Both the position numbers and the translations under genes were made by a program. This document shows, piece after piece, positions 40,047-49,452 of a DNA stretch of 64,000 nucleotides. How positions within the stretch are numbered: position 1 is the stretch's first letter; the number at the start of each line of letters is the position of its first letter. The stretch comes from Escherichia coli (GTDB lineage: Bacteria > Pseudomonadota > Gammaproteobacteria > Enterobacterales > Enterobacteriaceae), in assembly GCF_044324785.1 (NCBI RefSeq), contig NZ_CP172127.1; one strand, 5' to 3'. The notes under the pieces are model-generated. The model saw nothing but the letters and a program-made list of their open reading frames with translations. It did no database searches and was not told where the DNA came from.

Positions 40047-41000
40047 ATGCGGGCGAAACTTCTGGGAATAGTCCTGACAACCCCTATTGCGATCAGCTCT
40101 TTTGCTTCTACCGAGACTATATCGTTTACTCCTGACAACATAAATGCGGACATTAGTCTTGGAACTCTGAGCGGAAAAACAAAAGAGCGCGTTTATCTAG
40201 CTGAAGAAGGAGGCCGAAAAGTCAGTCAACTCGACTGGAAATTCAATAACGCTGCAATTATTAAAGGTGCAATTAATTGGGATTTGATGCCCCAGATATC
40301 TATTGGGGCTGCGGGCTGGACTACTCTCGGCAGCCGGGGTGGCAATATGGTCGATCAGGACTGGATGGATTCCAGTAACCCCGGAACCTGGACAGATGAA
40401 AGTAGGCACCCTGATACACAACTCAATTATGCTAACGAATTTGATCTGAATATCAAAGGCTGGCTCCTCAACGAACCCAATTACCGCCTGGGACTCATGG
40501 CCGGATATCAGGAAAGCCGTTATAGCTTTACAGCCAGAGGTGGTTCCTATATCTACAGTTCTGAGGAGGGATTCAGAGATGATATCGGCTCCTTCCCGAA
40601 TGGAGAAAGAGCAATCGGCTACAAACAACGTTTTAAAATGCCCTACATTGGCTTGACTGGAAGTTATCGTTATGAAGATTTTGAACTCGGTGGCACATTT
40701 AAATACAGCGGCTGGGTGGAATCATCTGATAACGATGAACACTATGACCCGGGAAAAAGAATCACTTATCGCAGTAAGGTCAAAGACCAAAATTACTATT
40801 CTGTTGCAGTCAATGCAGGTTATTACGTAACACCTAACGCAAAAGTTTATGTTGAAGGCGCATGGAATCGGGTTACGAATAAAAAAGGTAATACTTCACT
40901 TTATGATCACAATGATAACACTTCAGACTACAGCAAAAATGGTGCAGGCATAGAAAACTATAACTTCATCACTACTGCTGGTCTTAAGTACACCTTTTAA
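40047..41000 (+). CDS. ompT: Outer-membrane protease OmpT (omptin)
   Basis: 317 aa, MRAKLLGIVLTTPIAISSFASTE...TTAGLKYTF, recognisable as OmpT. GGAGA SD. Confidence 0.96.
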   Translation: MRAKLLGIVLTTPIAISSFASTETISFTPDNINADISLGTLSGKTKERVYLAEEGGRKVSQLDWKFNNAAIIKGAINWDLMPQISIGAAGWTTLGSRGGNMVDQDWMDSSNPGTWTDESRHPDTQLNYANEFDLNIKGWLLNEPNYRLGLMAGYQESRYSFTARGGSYIYSSEEGFRDDIGSFPNGERAIGYKQRFKMPYIGLTGSYRYEDFELGGTFKYSGWVESSDNDEHYDPGKRITYRSKVKDQNYYSVAVNAGYYVTPNAKVYVEGAWNRVTNKKGNTSLYDHNDNTSDYSKNGAGIENYNFITTAGLKYTF

Positions 41001-41019
41001 CAACGTTAAATAGATTTTC

Positions 41020-41056
41020 TCCCCGGTGGTATTGTATCGCCCCGGGGAATTTGTTT
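41020..41056 (+). terminator. Possible terminator after ompT
   Basis: A 7-bp GC stem, tccccgg...ccgggga, with a 15-nt loop, followed by atttgttt. Confidence 0.45.
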
Positions 41057-41230
41057 ACCGTTAAGAGCAACAATATCCCCTAAACTTGTAAGCATTTAAC
41101 CTGCCTCCTAACGTGTAAGCTCTTACCACAACACTAGACTCAATATATTCAAATTCGCTATGCCGTGACATCATTTAACACCTTGTAATTCATCGCCATA
41201 ATTGATTTAATTCACAAATAAAACTATAAC

Positions 41231-41899
41231 ATGGTGAAATTGATGAAAAAAAACACAGATGATGGGGCTAAAATTTACACACCACTTACCCTAAAGCTTT
41301 ATGACTGGTGGGTTTTGGGAGTATCAAATCGGCTTGCATGGGGATGTCCTACAAAGGAACACCTTCTTCCACACTTTCTGGAACATTTAGGTAACAACCA
41401 TCTGGATATTGGTGTTGGAACTGGGTTTTACCTTACTCACGTACCTGAGAGTAGTCTGATATCTTTAATGGATTTGAACGAAGCTAGCCTGAACGCGGCA
41501 TCTACAAGGGCTGGGGAATCAAAAATTAAACATAAAATTAGCCATGATGTTTTTGAACCTTATCCCGCGGCGTTACATGGCCAATTTGATTCCATTTCCA
41601 TGTTTTACCTTCTTCACTGCCTGCCTGGAAATATATCTACAAAAAGCTGTGTAATACGCAATGCGGCGCAGGCCTTAACTGACGATGGAACTCTATACGG
41701 AGCCACAATTCTTGGCGATGGAGTTGTGCACAATAGCTTCGGTCAAAAACTGATGCGCATTTACAATCAGAAAGGCATCTTTTCAAACACAAAAGATTCC
41801 GAAGAAGGCTTAACACATATACTCTCAGAGCATTTCGAGAATGTTAAAACCAAGGTTCAAGGTACTGTAGTAATGTTTTCCGCTTCAGGGAAAAAATAG
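41231..41899 (+). CDS. Class I SAM-dependent methyltransferase (prophage cargo)
   Basis: 222 aa with motif I LDIGVGTG and post-I LMDLNE. An alternative start exists at 41243. It may correspond to the DLP12 ybcY methyltransferase, but I cannot confirm that from memory. Confidence 0.75.
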   Translation: MVKLMKKNTDDGAKIYTPLTLKLYDWWVLGVSNRLAWGCPTKEHLLPHFLEHLGNNHLDIGVGTGFYLTHVPESSLISLMDLNEASLNAASTRAGESKIKHKISHDVFEPYPAALHGQFDSISMFYLLHCLPGNISTKSCVIRNAAQALTDDGTLYGATILGDGVVHNSFGQKLMRIYNQKGIFSNTKDSEEGLTHILSEHFENVKTKVQGTVVMFSASGKK

Positions 41900-42403
41900 C
41901 ATCCAACCGCAGCACGTTCTTGCATACGCCGTGTCTGCGGTTTAATTTTCACTCTCAAATATTGTAGTTAAGTACAATCATGATTCTTTGGACTATATAA
42001 ATTTTCTTGTAATTAGTTCTTTAGCCGAAATTTTAAAACAATTATTTATTCAAGGGATGGACTCTATTAGGAACTATCTCAAAAACATGAATAACCACCA
42101 TCTTACGATTGAATTATTTTACAGAGTATTCTTATTGAGAAAAACAACAGCAGGTACACCAAATAATATAGAAATGTAAATTTAGGTTCATTAATCTTTT
42201 GAGTTACAACCTAAACTTTCCGTTAATCACTAAGATATCAATAGATTATACTCACTGAGCGCACGTTTTTTACAATTATTATTTCTCACATCAAAATGCG
42301 CATACCAATCTGTTATTTGACACTTTCTTATTTGTTACTAGAGTTAATTGGGTGCTGACAAGGCACATGTTATTTACAATTTGAAAATCAGAGGAGAAAT
42401 GAT

Positions 42404-42586
42404 ATGACCGAACATCGTGGCGGTGCAGGTAATTTCGCTGAAGATCGACAAAAAGCTTCTGACGCTGGTCGTAAAGGCGGCCAACATAGTGGCGGTAATT
42501 TTAAAAACGATCCACAAAGAGCATCAGAAGCAGGGAAAAAAGGTGGTCAGAATAGCCATGGTGGCGGCCGTAAATCTGACTCTTAA
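42404..42586 (+). CDS. YciG-like KGG-repeat general stress protein
   Basis: 60 aa, MTEHRGGAGNFAEDRQKASDAGRKGGQHSGGNFKNDPQRASEAGKKGGQ..., very close to K-12 YciG as I recall it. GAGGAG SD. Confidence 0.88.
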   Translation: MTEHRGGAGNFAEDRQKASDAGRKGGQHSGGNFKNDPQRASEAGKKGGQNSHGGGRKSDS

Positions 42587-42664
42587 TTTATTACCCCCTA
42601 CATTCGTGAATAACTGAAGCTAACTGCGAGCCTACGGGCTCGCAGTGAAAACTCTGGAGTGATT

Positions 42665-43165
42665 ATGCAAATTAAATCTGTTGAAGATATCTTCATCCAC
42701 TTATTATCGGATACATACAGCGCTGAGAAACAACTAACAAAGGCACTGTCTAAACTTAGTCGCTCTGCATATAGTGATAAATTAACCGCTGCTTTTCAGT
42801 CACATCTTGATGAGACACATGGTCAAATTGAACGCATCGATCAGGTTGTTGATTCTGAAGATGGTCTTAAATTGAAAAGAATTAAGTGTGCCGCAATGGA
42901 AGGACTTATCGAAGAGGCGAATGAGGTAATTGAAAGCACTGATAAAAATGAAGTACGTGATGCAGCATTGATTGCTGCAGCACAAAAAGTAGAGCACTAT
43001 GAAATTGCCAGTTATGGCACTTTGGTAACACTCGCTGAGCAATTAGGATATAAAAAAGCGGCTAAACTCCTGAAAGAAACACTGGAAGAGGAAAAAGCTA
43101 CTGATGTCAAATTAACAGATCTGGCATTTAATAACGTTAATAAAAAAGCTCAGGATAACTCCTGA
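42665..43165 (+). CDS. YciF-like DUF892 ferritin-like stress protein
   Basis: ATG at 42665 (GGAG 7 nt upstream) gives MQIKSVEDIFIHLLSDTYSAEKQLTKAL..., recognisable as a YciF homologue. Confidence 0.88.
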   Translation: MQIKSVEDIFIHLLSDTYSAEKQLTKALSKLSRSAYSDKLTAAFQSHLDETHGQIERIDQVVDSEDGLKLKRIKCAAMEGLIEEANEVIESTDKNEVRDAALIAAAQKVEHYEIASYGTLVTLAEQLGYKKAAKLLKETLEEEKATDVKLTDLAFNNVNKKAQDNS

Positions 43166-43201
43166 ACTATAGACTTCAATTTCTTTTAGGATAAACAGAT
43201 T

Positions 43202-43708
43202 ATGAATAGAATTGAACATTACCATGACTGGCTTCGTGATGCACATGCGATGGAGAAACAAGCTGAAAAAATGCTTGAGTCTATGGCCAGCCGGATAGAA
43301 AACTATCCAGAGTTACGTTCCAGAATTGAGCAGCACATTAGCGAAACAAAGAACCAGCTTTCACAGCTTGAAAGCATACTTGATCGTAATAATATTTCGC
43401 GCTCTGTCATTAAAGACTCTATGAGTCAAATGGCCGCGTTTGGGCAATCCATTGGTGGAATTTTTCCATCTGATGAAATTGTCAAAGGTTCGATCAGTGG
43501 CTATGTGTTCGAACAATTTGAAATTGCGTGTTACACATCTCTTCTCGCAGCAGCCAAAAATGCGGGTGATACAGCCTCAGTACCCATTATTGAAGCAATT
43601 CTTAATGAAGAAAAACAAATGGCTGAATGGCTTCTTAACCATATTCCTGACACCACTGAACAATTCATGGTCAGATCTGAAATTGATGGAGTTGAAGCCA
43701 AAAAATAA
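43202..43708 (+). CDS. YciE-like DUF892 ferritin-like stress protein
   Basis: 168 aa, MNRIEHYHDWLRDAHAMEKQAEKMLESMASRIENYPEL..., recognisable as a YciE homologue. Confidence 0.88.
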   Translation: MNRIEHYHDWLRDAHAMEKQAEKMLESMASRIENYPELRSRIEQHISETKNQLSQLESILDRNNISRSVIKDSMSQMAAFGQSIGGIFPSDEIVKGSISGYVFEQFEIACYTSLLAAAKNAGDTASVPIIEAILNEEKQMAEWLLNHIPDTTEQFMVRSEIDGVEAKK

Positions 43709-43726
43709 TTCTTTTGAGGAGGCATT

Positions 43727-44617
43727 ATGTTTAGACACGTGAAAAAACTTCAATATACAGTACGTGTAAGTGAGCCAAACCCAGGCTTGGCTAATCTACT
43801 TTTAGAACAATTCGGCGGGCCACAGGGTGAGCTTGCAGCAGCATGCCGATACTTCACTCAAGGCTTAAGTGATGAAGATGCAGGCCGAAGGGATATGCTG
43901 ATGGACATAGCAACAGAAGAACTAAGTCATCTCGAAATTATTGGTTCTCTTGTTGGTATGCTCAACAAAGGTGCAAAAGGAGCACTTGCTGAAGGAACTG
44001 AGAATGAAGCTGAGCTTTACCGTTCCTTAACTCAAAATGGCAATGACAGCCATATAACTTCTCTCCTCTACGGAGGAGGCCCAGCATTAACTAATTCAGC
44101 TGGAGTACCCTGGACTGCAGCTTATGTTGATACTATTGGCGAAGTCACGGCCGATCTTCGTTCAAATATTGCAGCTGAAGCTCGGGCAAAGATCATTTAC
44201 GAACGTCTCATTAATGTTACTGATGATCCTGGAGTAAAAGACACTCTGGCATTTTTAATGACCAGGGAAGCAGCACACATGCTTTCATTTGAAAAAGCAT
44301 TACATTCAATTCGTAACACCTTTCCACCAGGGAAATTACCACCAATTGAGAAATACAAAAACGTATATTACAACATGTCAGAAGGTGAAGACGTCAGAGG
44401 TAGTTGGAACAGTGATGAAAACTTTGACTATGTTTCCGATCCAGTTCCAGCGGTTGACGGTGGGGATGGGAAGGCCTCGATAAATCTTTCGACCAAGCAA
44501 GAAGCTATGATAAAAGCTATGGCAACAAGGTTGAAATCCCATGAAGACATCAATCCTGTCACTGGCGCTGAGCTTGCTGAAGGAGAACCACAAACAAAGA
44601 TAAATAGTAAAAACTAA
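43727..44617 (+). CDS. Manganese (non-haem) catalase, KatN-like
   Basis: 296 aa with Mn-catalase-type sequence (...GELAAACRYFTQG..., ATEELSHLEIIG, AAEARAKIIYERL). It is the fourth gene after yciG/F/E homologues, as in the Salmonella yciGFE-katN operon. Confidence 0.82.
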   Translation: MFRHVKKLQYTVRVSEPNPGLANLLLEQFGGPQGELAAACRYFTQGLSDEDAGRRDMLMDIATEELSHLEIIGSLVGMLNKGAKGALAEGTENEAELYRSLTQNGNDSHITSLLYGGGPALTNSAGVPWTAAYVDTIGEVTADLRSNIAAEARAKIIYERLINVTDDPGVKDTLAFLMTREAAHMLSFEKALHSIRNTFPPGKLPPIEKYKNVYYNMSEGEDVRGSWNSDENFDYVSDPVPAVDGGDGKASINLSTKQEAMIKAMATRLKSHEDINPVTGAELAEGEPQTKINSKN

Positions 44618-44705
44618 TTATCTTCTGGTATTTAGCTATCCCTCATAAGTTAATTGCCGCTGAGATATCCTAAGCTCTAGCCTCTGAAAATACATTTATA
44701 TTTCG

Positions 44706-44737
44706 AAGCCCGCGATATTTTAAGCGGGCTTTTATTT
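44706..44737 (+). terminator. Rho-independent terminator of the yciGFE-katN-like operon
   Basis: Hairpin aagcccgc-gatattttaa-gcgggctt followed by ttatttt. It abuts the convergent tfa stop. Confidence 0.7.
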
Positions 44738-45318
44738 TAAACTTCTGGTATTACAGGCCACTCAATATCAGGTGCAGTTGATGTATCAACACGGTTCAGC
44801 AACACCCGATACTTCTTCCAGGCTTCCAGCAACGAGTTTTCTTCCTCCGTTGCGATCTCCAGATCTACAGCATCCTGAAGTGGCGCAATATGCTCACTGG
44901 CTACCTGCATCAGGCTGTTTTTTGTTTCTTCCACCTCCCGGATCCGGAACAGTTTTTCTGCTTCTGCATCTTTCACCCAGGCTGTGCCGTTCCACTTCTG
45001 AAACTCCCCTTCCGGCGATAACCAGGTAACATTTTCCGGTAACGGACCGAGTTCAGAAATAAATAACGCGTCCCCTGACGCTACGTCATAAACCGTTTTA
45101 CCCCGATGATCTTCAACGAGATGCCACGATGCCTCATCACTGTTGAAAACAGCCACGAAGCCTGCCGGAATATCTGGCGGTGCAATATCGGTACTGTTTG
45201 CTGGCAGACCTGTATGAGGCGGAATATATGCATCACCTTCACCAATAAATTCATTAGTTCCGGCCAGCAGATTATAAATTTTTATGGTCCGTGGTTGTTC
45301 ACTCATTCTGAATGCCAT
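44737..45318 (-). CDS. tfa: Tail fibre assembly protein Tfa (lambda-type)
   Basis: 193 aa, [48 protein letters not shown]..., recognisable as lambda Tfa. Confidence 0.93.
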   Translation of the reverse strand: MAFRMSEQPRTIKIYNLLAGTNEFIGEGDAYIPPHTGLPANSTDIAPPDIPAGFVAVFNSDEASWHLVEDHRGKTVYDVASGDALFISELGPLPENVTWLSPEGEFQKWNGTAWVKDAEAEKLFRIREVEETKNSLMQVASEHIAPLQDAVDLEIATEEENSLLEAWKKYRVLLNRVDTSTAPDIEWPVIPEV

Positions 45319-48300
45319 TATGCAAGCCTCACAATATAGTTAAATGCGATGTTTTTGACGGTGTTTTCCGCGTTACCAGCAGCGTTAACGGTGATGGTGT
45401 GTCCATGTGAACCAATTGCAACGGAGTGCGTGTGTGCACCAATACCGACAGTATGTGCATGTGCGCCTGCGCTTGCAGCAGTGCCGGACAGCGAGTGGGT
45501 ATGAGCACCATCTGATGATGTCTTCCCTGCATTACGAGTCTGGCCACTACCGCTTGTTGTGCTCATAATCCCCGCGCTTAGATTTGAAATCGCGGTATAA
45601 CCATTAGGGAAAATGCTCGTGTTCGTGCCACCAAATGCACCGGAACTCTTGTGTTGGTGCGCACCGGCACTATTTGCAGTCCCGCTAATACTATGGGTAT
45701 GCGCCCCGGTGTTATTCGTGGATTTGGTTCCGTAATCAAACGACGATGTGTTTTTCGTCCCCAAATCCGTACTGGATGCGCTGGCGCTGTGGGTGTGCGA
45801 TTTAATGCCGTCCTGTTCCTGAGACAATACGGCCCGACCACTGGCAGGTTTGCCCTTAATCGTCCAGCCACGCATATCAGGGATCACGCCTGACGGATAA
45901 GCGGCTGCAAGTTTCGGGTAAGCAGATTTGTCAAAAGTCTGCCCCTGCATCAGGGCATAACCAGACGGAACGGTATCTGATGGCCACGGGATTGGTGCGC
46001 CGACTGGGTAGCTTTCTGGTGGAAGATTTTTCGAGGTATAAACTTCTGCCCAGTCTTCCTCAAAACCATAACCGTCTCTTGAAGAACGGTAGAACAGACC
46101 ACCATTTCTGTAATGCGCCTTCATCTGCAAGGTCCGGCAACTTCCGACTCCGGTATAGAAGTTAACCAGAATATAGCTGTCGCCAGAGCGGGTGACATTG
46201 TAAGCGCCTGATTCGGCATTCCAGGGAACGCCACCATCCGCATCGGCATATGTATCCGTTGCCCTTCTGGCAAAAGCAGCCACATGCGCGGCGGTTAAAG
46301 TAATATCTTTGGAACCATCAAACTCAACACCAGAAACCAGTCTTGGCGTTTGTAGCTTTGTTGCTGTTAATGCATTACCGTTCAGACTTGCGGACAGTTT
46401 GGTTCCAATAACCAGTTCGCCGGTTGCGTTATCAATAGCAAACGGTCTTAATGTATTCCAGCCACCATAAACATCACCTTGATTGGTAAGCAGCAGGTAA
46501 GTTTTAGCGCCATCATTACGCCATAATGCACCATACTCCCCACCTATCATTCGAATCTGATTACCACCACGCGCTACAATTTCGTCTGTGGCAAAAAGTT
46601 TTTTGCACGACAAGTTATCGTTAACGATTAACGAATGAGACTCATAAAAACCACGCCCACTCTTAAAATCAAGGATAACGTCCGCCGCGATACATTCAGT
46701 CGCTGGATTTGTTGCCCCAAACTTATAGGTCGTATCATTAACAATGAGATCAGCACCAGGTGCGGATATTGACAGGCCATCTTCGATAAACGCAAAAACA
46801 GGGAAAGCAGCGCCATCAACATAGAACACAGAGCGCAAATCATCGCCCTTATTACTCATCATTATTGAGTGGATGGCTCGTTCATTGTTTTGATATTGCC
46901 AGAACATTCCATAAGCATAACGCCCCCTGTAAGTCCAGCCACCAGGCATAACAAATCCGTTAAACTCGCAGTTATTCATCGGATCGCCTGCGGTTCGCGT
47001 TGCCGTGGTGATAATGACCCTTGATGCCAGTTCGCTTACTGAGCCAGCAGAACGCATAACAACAACAGGGTAATATTTTCCAGATGTTGCACCTGCAGGA
47101 GCGTTAACCAGCACATAACGCATACCACGCTTATCAGCAAAGTCTGTTTTACTGACCGCGTTAATGTTGTTCAGGAAGCGTCCCTTATCGGGTATATCAG
47201 CGCCGTTCTGGTCTTTCTGCAGACGTTTCTCTGCATTGTCATAGGCTGATTTTACTGCCTTTGGCGTTGCCGCCAGCGTTTCAGACGTACTGTTGGTCGC
47301 ACTGCTGAGCTGTACTATCCCCTTTTTCGTCGTGCTCGCATCCTCAAGCGCCACGGCGGATGCAATATCCTCTGCCCGTTTTGCCGCTGTCTCGGCGCGC
47401 GTTGCCGCGGATTCCGCCGTACTTTTGCTCTGTGCTGCCGCCGTCGCACTGCCAGCTGCCTCTGTCGCCTTCGTGGATGCTGTCGTGGCGCTGCCCTTCG
47501 CTGCGGACGCTTGTCTGGTCGCCTCATCTTTTGAAGCAGACGCCGATGATGCCGATGACGCCGCCGAACTGGCGGACGATGCGGCAGCCGTTTTTGAGGA
47601 TTCTGCGCTGGTTTCCGACGCTTTCGCGTTCGTCTCGGATGTCTTCGCTGCGGATGCAGACCTCTCTGCTACCGCAGCCTGTTCAGTGGCTTCGCCAGCC
47701 TTCGTTGTGGCTGCTGAGGCGGCCGATGCTGCGCTTTCTGCCGATTTCCCGGCGGTGGTGGCACTGGCTGCGGCCTCCTCCGCTTTGGCTGACGCCTCTC
47801 GGGCTGATGATGCAGCGGTAGTTTCTGAACCTGCCGCAGCTGAGGCGCTCTGTTCCGCTGCCGTTTCAGAAGACCTGGCGTTTGTCTCGGACGTTTTTGC
47901 CGCCTTCGCAGAATTTGCTGCCGCCGTTGCCGAGGAAGCTGCACTACCGGCGCTTGATAATGCGTTCGTTTCTGATGATTTTGCCGCCTCTTTTGAAGCC
48001 GCCGCATCCCTGGCTGAGGTGGTAGCTTCTGACGCCTTTGTGGTCGCGGTGGATGCAGAAGTGGCTGCTAATTGTTGTGACGCTGCCGCATTCGTTTCTG
48101 ACGTTTTCGCCGCACCGGCACTGGTAGCCGCCGCGCTTTTTGAGGACTCTGCAGCGGCAGCACTTTTTGATGCCTCAGAGGCTTTTGCTGATGCCGTTCC
48201 TGCGCTGGAAAAAGCCTCCTGAGCCGACGTCGCGGCCTGTCCGGCTGACGTGCTGGCTGCGCGTGCTGAGTCTGCAGCATCAGTCGCATGGGTTGCCGCC

Positions 48301-48719
48301 TCACGGGCAGATGTGCTGGCATCGCTGGCTGACTTCTTCGCGGCTGCCGTGTTCTGTGCCACTGCGGACGCGTTACGCGCCACCTCTTCCACCATCAGTT
48401 CAAAACGGCGCAGTGCCTCCGGACGGGCATCCTCCTCCGTCATGGCACCGAGAAAATCATTCAGCGTACCGGGTTGAGAATCTTCATACACGGTGATGGT
48501 CCCGGCATGTGACGGCGGGAAGCCTTCCACCAACAGAATAACGCTGTACTGACCGTACTCAACGTCCATGCTGTAACGCCCGGCTTCATCCGGATTTTCT
48601 GAGGCCAGTGTGTTCACCACCACCGTGGTGCTGTTACGTTTTGCTTTCAGCTGGATTGTGCAGTTCTGTACCGGTTTTCCTGTGCCGTCTTTCAGTACAC
48701 CTGAAATCTTTACTGCCAT
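45318..48719 (-). CDS. stf: Side tail fibre protein Stf (intact, mosaic)
   Basis: ATG at 48719 gives [35 protein letters not shown]... (1133 aa). It has a long Ala/Ser/Thr-rich repeat region and the C-terminal His-rich repeats and ...[11 protein letters not shown] end seen in lambda Stf. The stop overlaps the tfa start (TAATG). Confidence 0.92.
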   Translation of the reverse strand: MAVKISGVLKDGTGKPVQNCTIQLKAKRNSTTVVVNTLASENPDEAGRYSMDVEYGQYSVILLVEGFPPSHAGTITVYEDSQPGTLNDFLGAMTEEDARPEALRRFELMVEEVARNASAVAQNTAAAKKSASDASTSAREAATHATDAADSARAASTSAGQAATSAQEAFSSAGTASAKASEASKSAAAAESSKSAAATSAGAAKTSETNAAASQQLAATSASTATTKASEATTSARDAAASKEAAKSSETNALSSAGSAASSATAAANSAKAAKTSETNARSSETAAEQSASAAAGSETTAASSAREASAKAEEAAASATTAGKSAESAASAASAATTKAGEATEQAAVAERSASAAKTSETNAKASETSAESSKTAAASSASSAASSASSASASKDEATRQASAAKGSATTASTKATEAAGSATAAAQSKSTAESAATRAETAAKRAEDIASAVALEDASTTKKGIVQLSSATNSTSETLAATPKAVKSAYDNAEKRLQKDQNGADIPDKGRFLNNINAVSKTDFADKRGMRYVLVNAPAGATSGKYYPVVVMRSAGSVSELASRVIITTATRTAGDPMNNCEFNGFVMPGGWTYRGRYAYGMFWQYQNNERAIHSIMMSNKGDDLRSVFYVDGAAFPVFAFIEDGLSISAPGADLIVNDTTYKFGATNPATECIAADVILDFKSGRGFYESHSLIVNDNLSCKKLFATDEIVARGGNQIRMIGGEYGALWRNDGAKTYLLLTNQGDVYGGWNTLRPFAIDNATGELVIGTKLSASLNGNALTATKLQTPRLVSGVEFDGSKDITLTAAHVAAFARRATDTYADADGGVPWNAESGAYNVTRSGDSYILVNFYTGVGSCRTLQMKAHYRNGGLFYRSSRDGYGFEEDWAEVYTSKNLPPESYPVGAPIPWPSDTVPSGYALMQGQTFDKSAYPKLAAAYPSGVIPDMRGWTIKGKPASGRAVLSQEQDGIKSHTHSASASSTDLGTKNTSSFDYGTKSTNNTGAHTHSISGTANSAGAHQHKSSGAFGGTNTSIFPNGYTAISNLSAGIMSTTSGSGQTRNAGKTSSDGAHTHSLSGTAASAGAHAHTVGIGAHTHSVAIGSHGHTITVNAAGNAENTVKNIAFNYIVRLA

Positions 48720-48728
48720 ATTCACCCC

Positions 48729-48757
48729 ACAAAAAAGCCCGCCAGAACCGGCGGGCT
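48729..48757 (-). terminator. Probable terminator downstream of lom
   Basis: On the minus strand: hairpin agcccgcc-ggttct-ggcgggct followed by tttttg. Confidence 0.55.
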
Positions 48758-48783
48758 GTCATAACACTGTGTTACCTGGCTAA

Positions 48784-49383
48784 TCAGAACTTATAACCGA
48801 CGCCCACGATGAAACCGGCAGTGCGCCAGTCGCCACTGCCGGAGCCTTCATAAGCAATATCAATAGCCACGGATTCGGTCGGGTTAAACTGCACGCCAGC
48901 TCCCCACGCCAGAGAGGTGTTACTGTGGCGAGCGTCATCACTTCCGGTCAGCACGTCGTGCGTTTTTCCCTTGTTGTCAGTTACGCGGAGATAATCCCCG
49001 GAAAAAGTCGACACACGGCTGTAAGCCACGCCTGCCATCGCATACGCGCTGAACCATTCATTCACGCGTACAGACGGCCCCGCCATCACGCTGAACCAGC
49101 GGTTACGAACGGAATCTTCATGCCAGCGGGTATCGCTGTAATGGGTCAGCTGGCGATTCTTGTCTCCTGCATAGCTGAAAGACGTCACCATCCCCAGTGT
49201 GTCCGTAAACTCATAACGGTATTTCACGTTAATCCCGTTCAGATCATCGCTGCCGGGAACGTTCGTCGAGACATGAAGATACCCTGCGCTCAGCGTGGAC
49301 TGATGTTCAGACGCCCATGCAGGCGCACCGGATACGGCCAGACAAATGGCTGCGGACAAAATGGCGGCATAAAGTTTACGCAT
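48784..49383 (-). CDS. lom: Lom/Ail-family outer-membrane protein
   Basis: 199 aa with a signal peptide. The C-terminus ...DIAYEGSGSGDWRTAGFIVGVGYKF resembles lambda Lom, and the gene sits between J and stf. Confidence 0.9.
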   Translation of the reverse strand: MRKLYAAILSAAICLAVSGAPAWASEHQSTLSAGYLHVSTNVPGSDDLNGINVKYRYEFTDTLGMVTSFSYAGDKNRQLTHYSDTRWHEDSVRNRWFSVMAGPSVRVNEWFSAYAMAGVAYSRVSTFSGDYLRVTDNKGKTHDVLTGSDDARHSNTSLAWGAGVQFNPTESVAIDIAYEGSGSGDWRTAGFIVGVGYKF

Positions 49384-49405
49384 AATTACCTCTCGCTTTT
49401 CTGCA

Positions 49406-49433
49406 ATAAAAAAGGCACCATTTCTGGTGCCCT
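49406..49433 (-). terminator. Probable terminator downstream of J
   Basis: On the minus strand: hairpin aaggcacca-gaaa-tggtgcctt followed by ttttttatt. Confidence 0.5.
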
Positions 49434-49452
49434 TATATGTGTTATAACAATT

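Noticed and set aside
39830-40153. 107-codon minus-strand ORF upstream of, and overlapping, the ompT start.
   Set aside because: It is an extremely AT-rich, Phe/Ile/Leu/Val-rich translation that overlaps the ompT SD and start. It is most likely promoter DNA.
41988-42179. 63-codon ORF between the methyltransferase and the yciG-like gene.
   Set aside because: It starts with a non-ATG codon in AT-rich intergenic DNA, has no SD and shows no recognisable features. It is probably the promoter region of the stress operon.
42417-42617. 66-codon ORF overlapping the yciG-like gene in another frame. Overlapping alternative-frame ORFs also occur in the yciE/katN-like genes (43440-43742, 44289-44483).
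   Set aside because: The KGG-repeat YciG frame and the YciE/catalase frames are recognisably conserved. The alternative frames have no support.
47293-48222. 309-codon plus-strand ORF made almost only of A/S/D/F/V, plus several Arg/Gln/Pro-rich ORFs in the same interval.
   Set aside because: These are mirror images of the Ala/Ser/Thr repeat region of stf, where the codon periodicity keeps all frames open. They are not independent genes.
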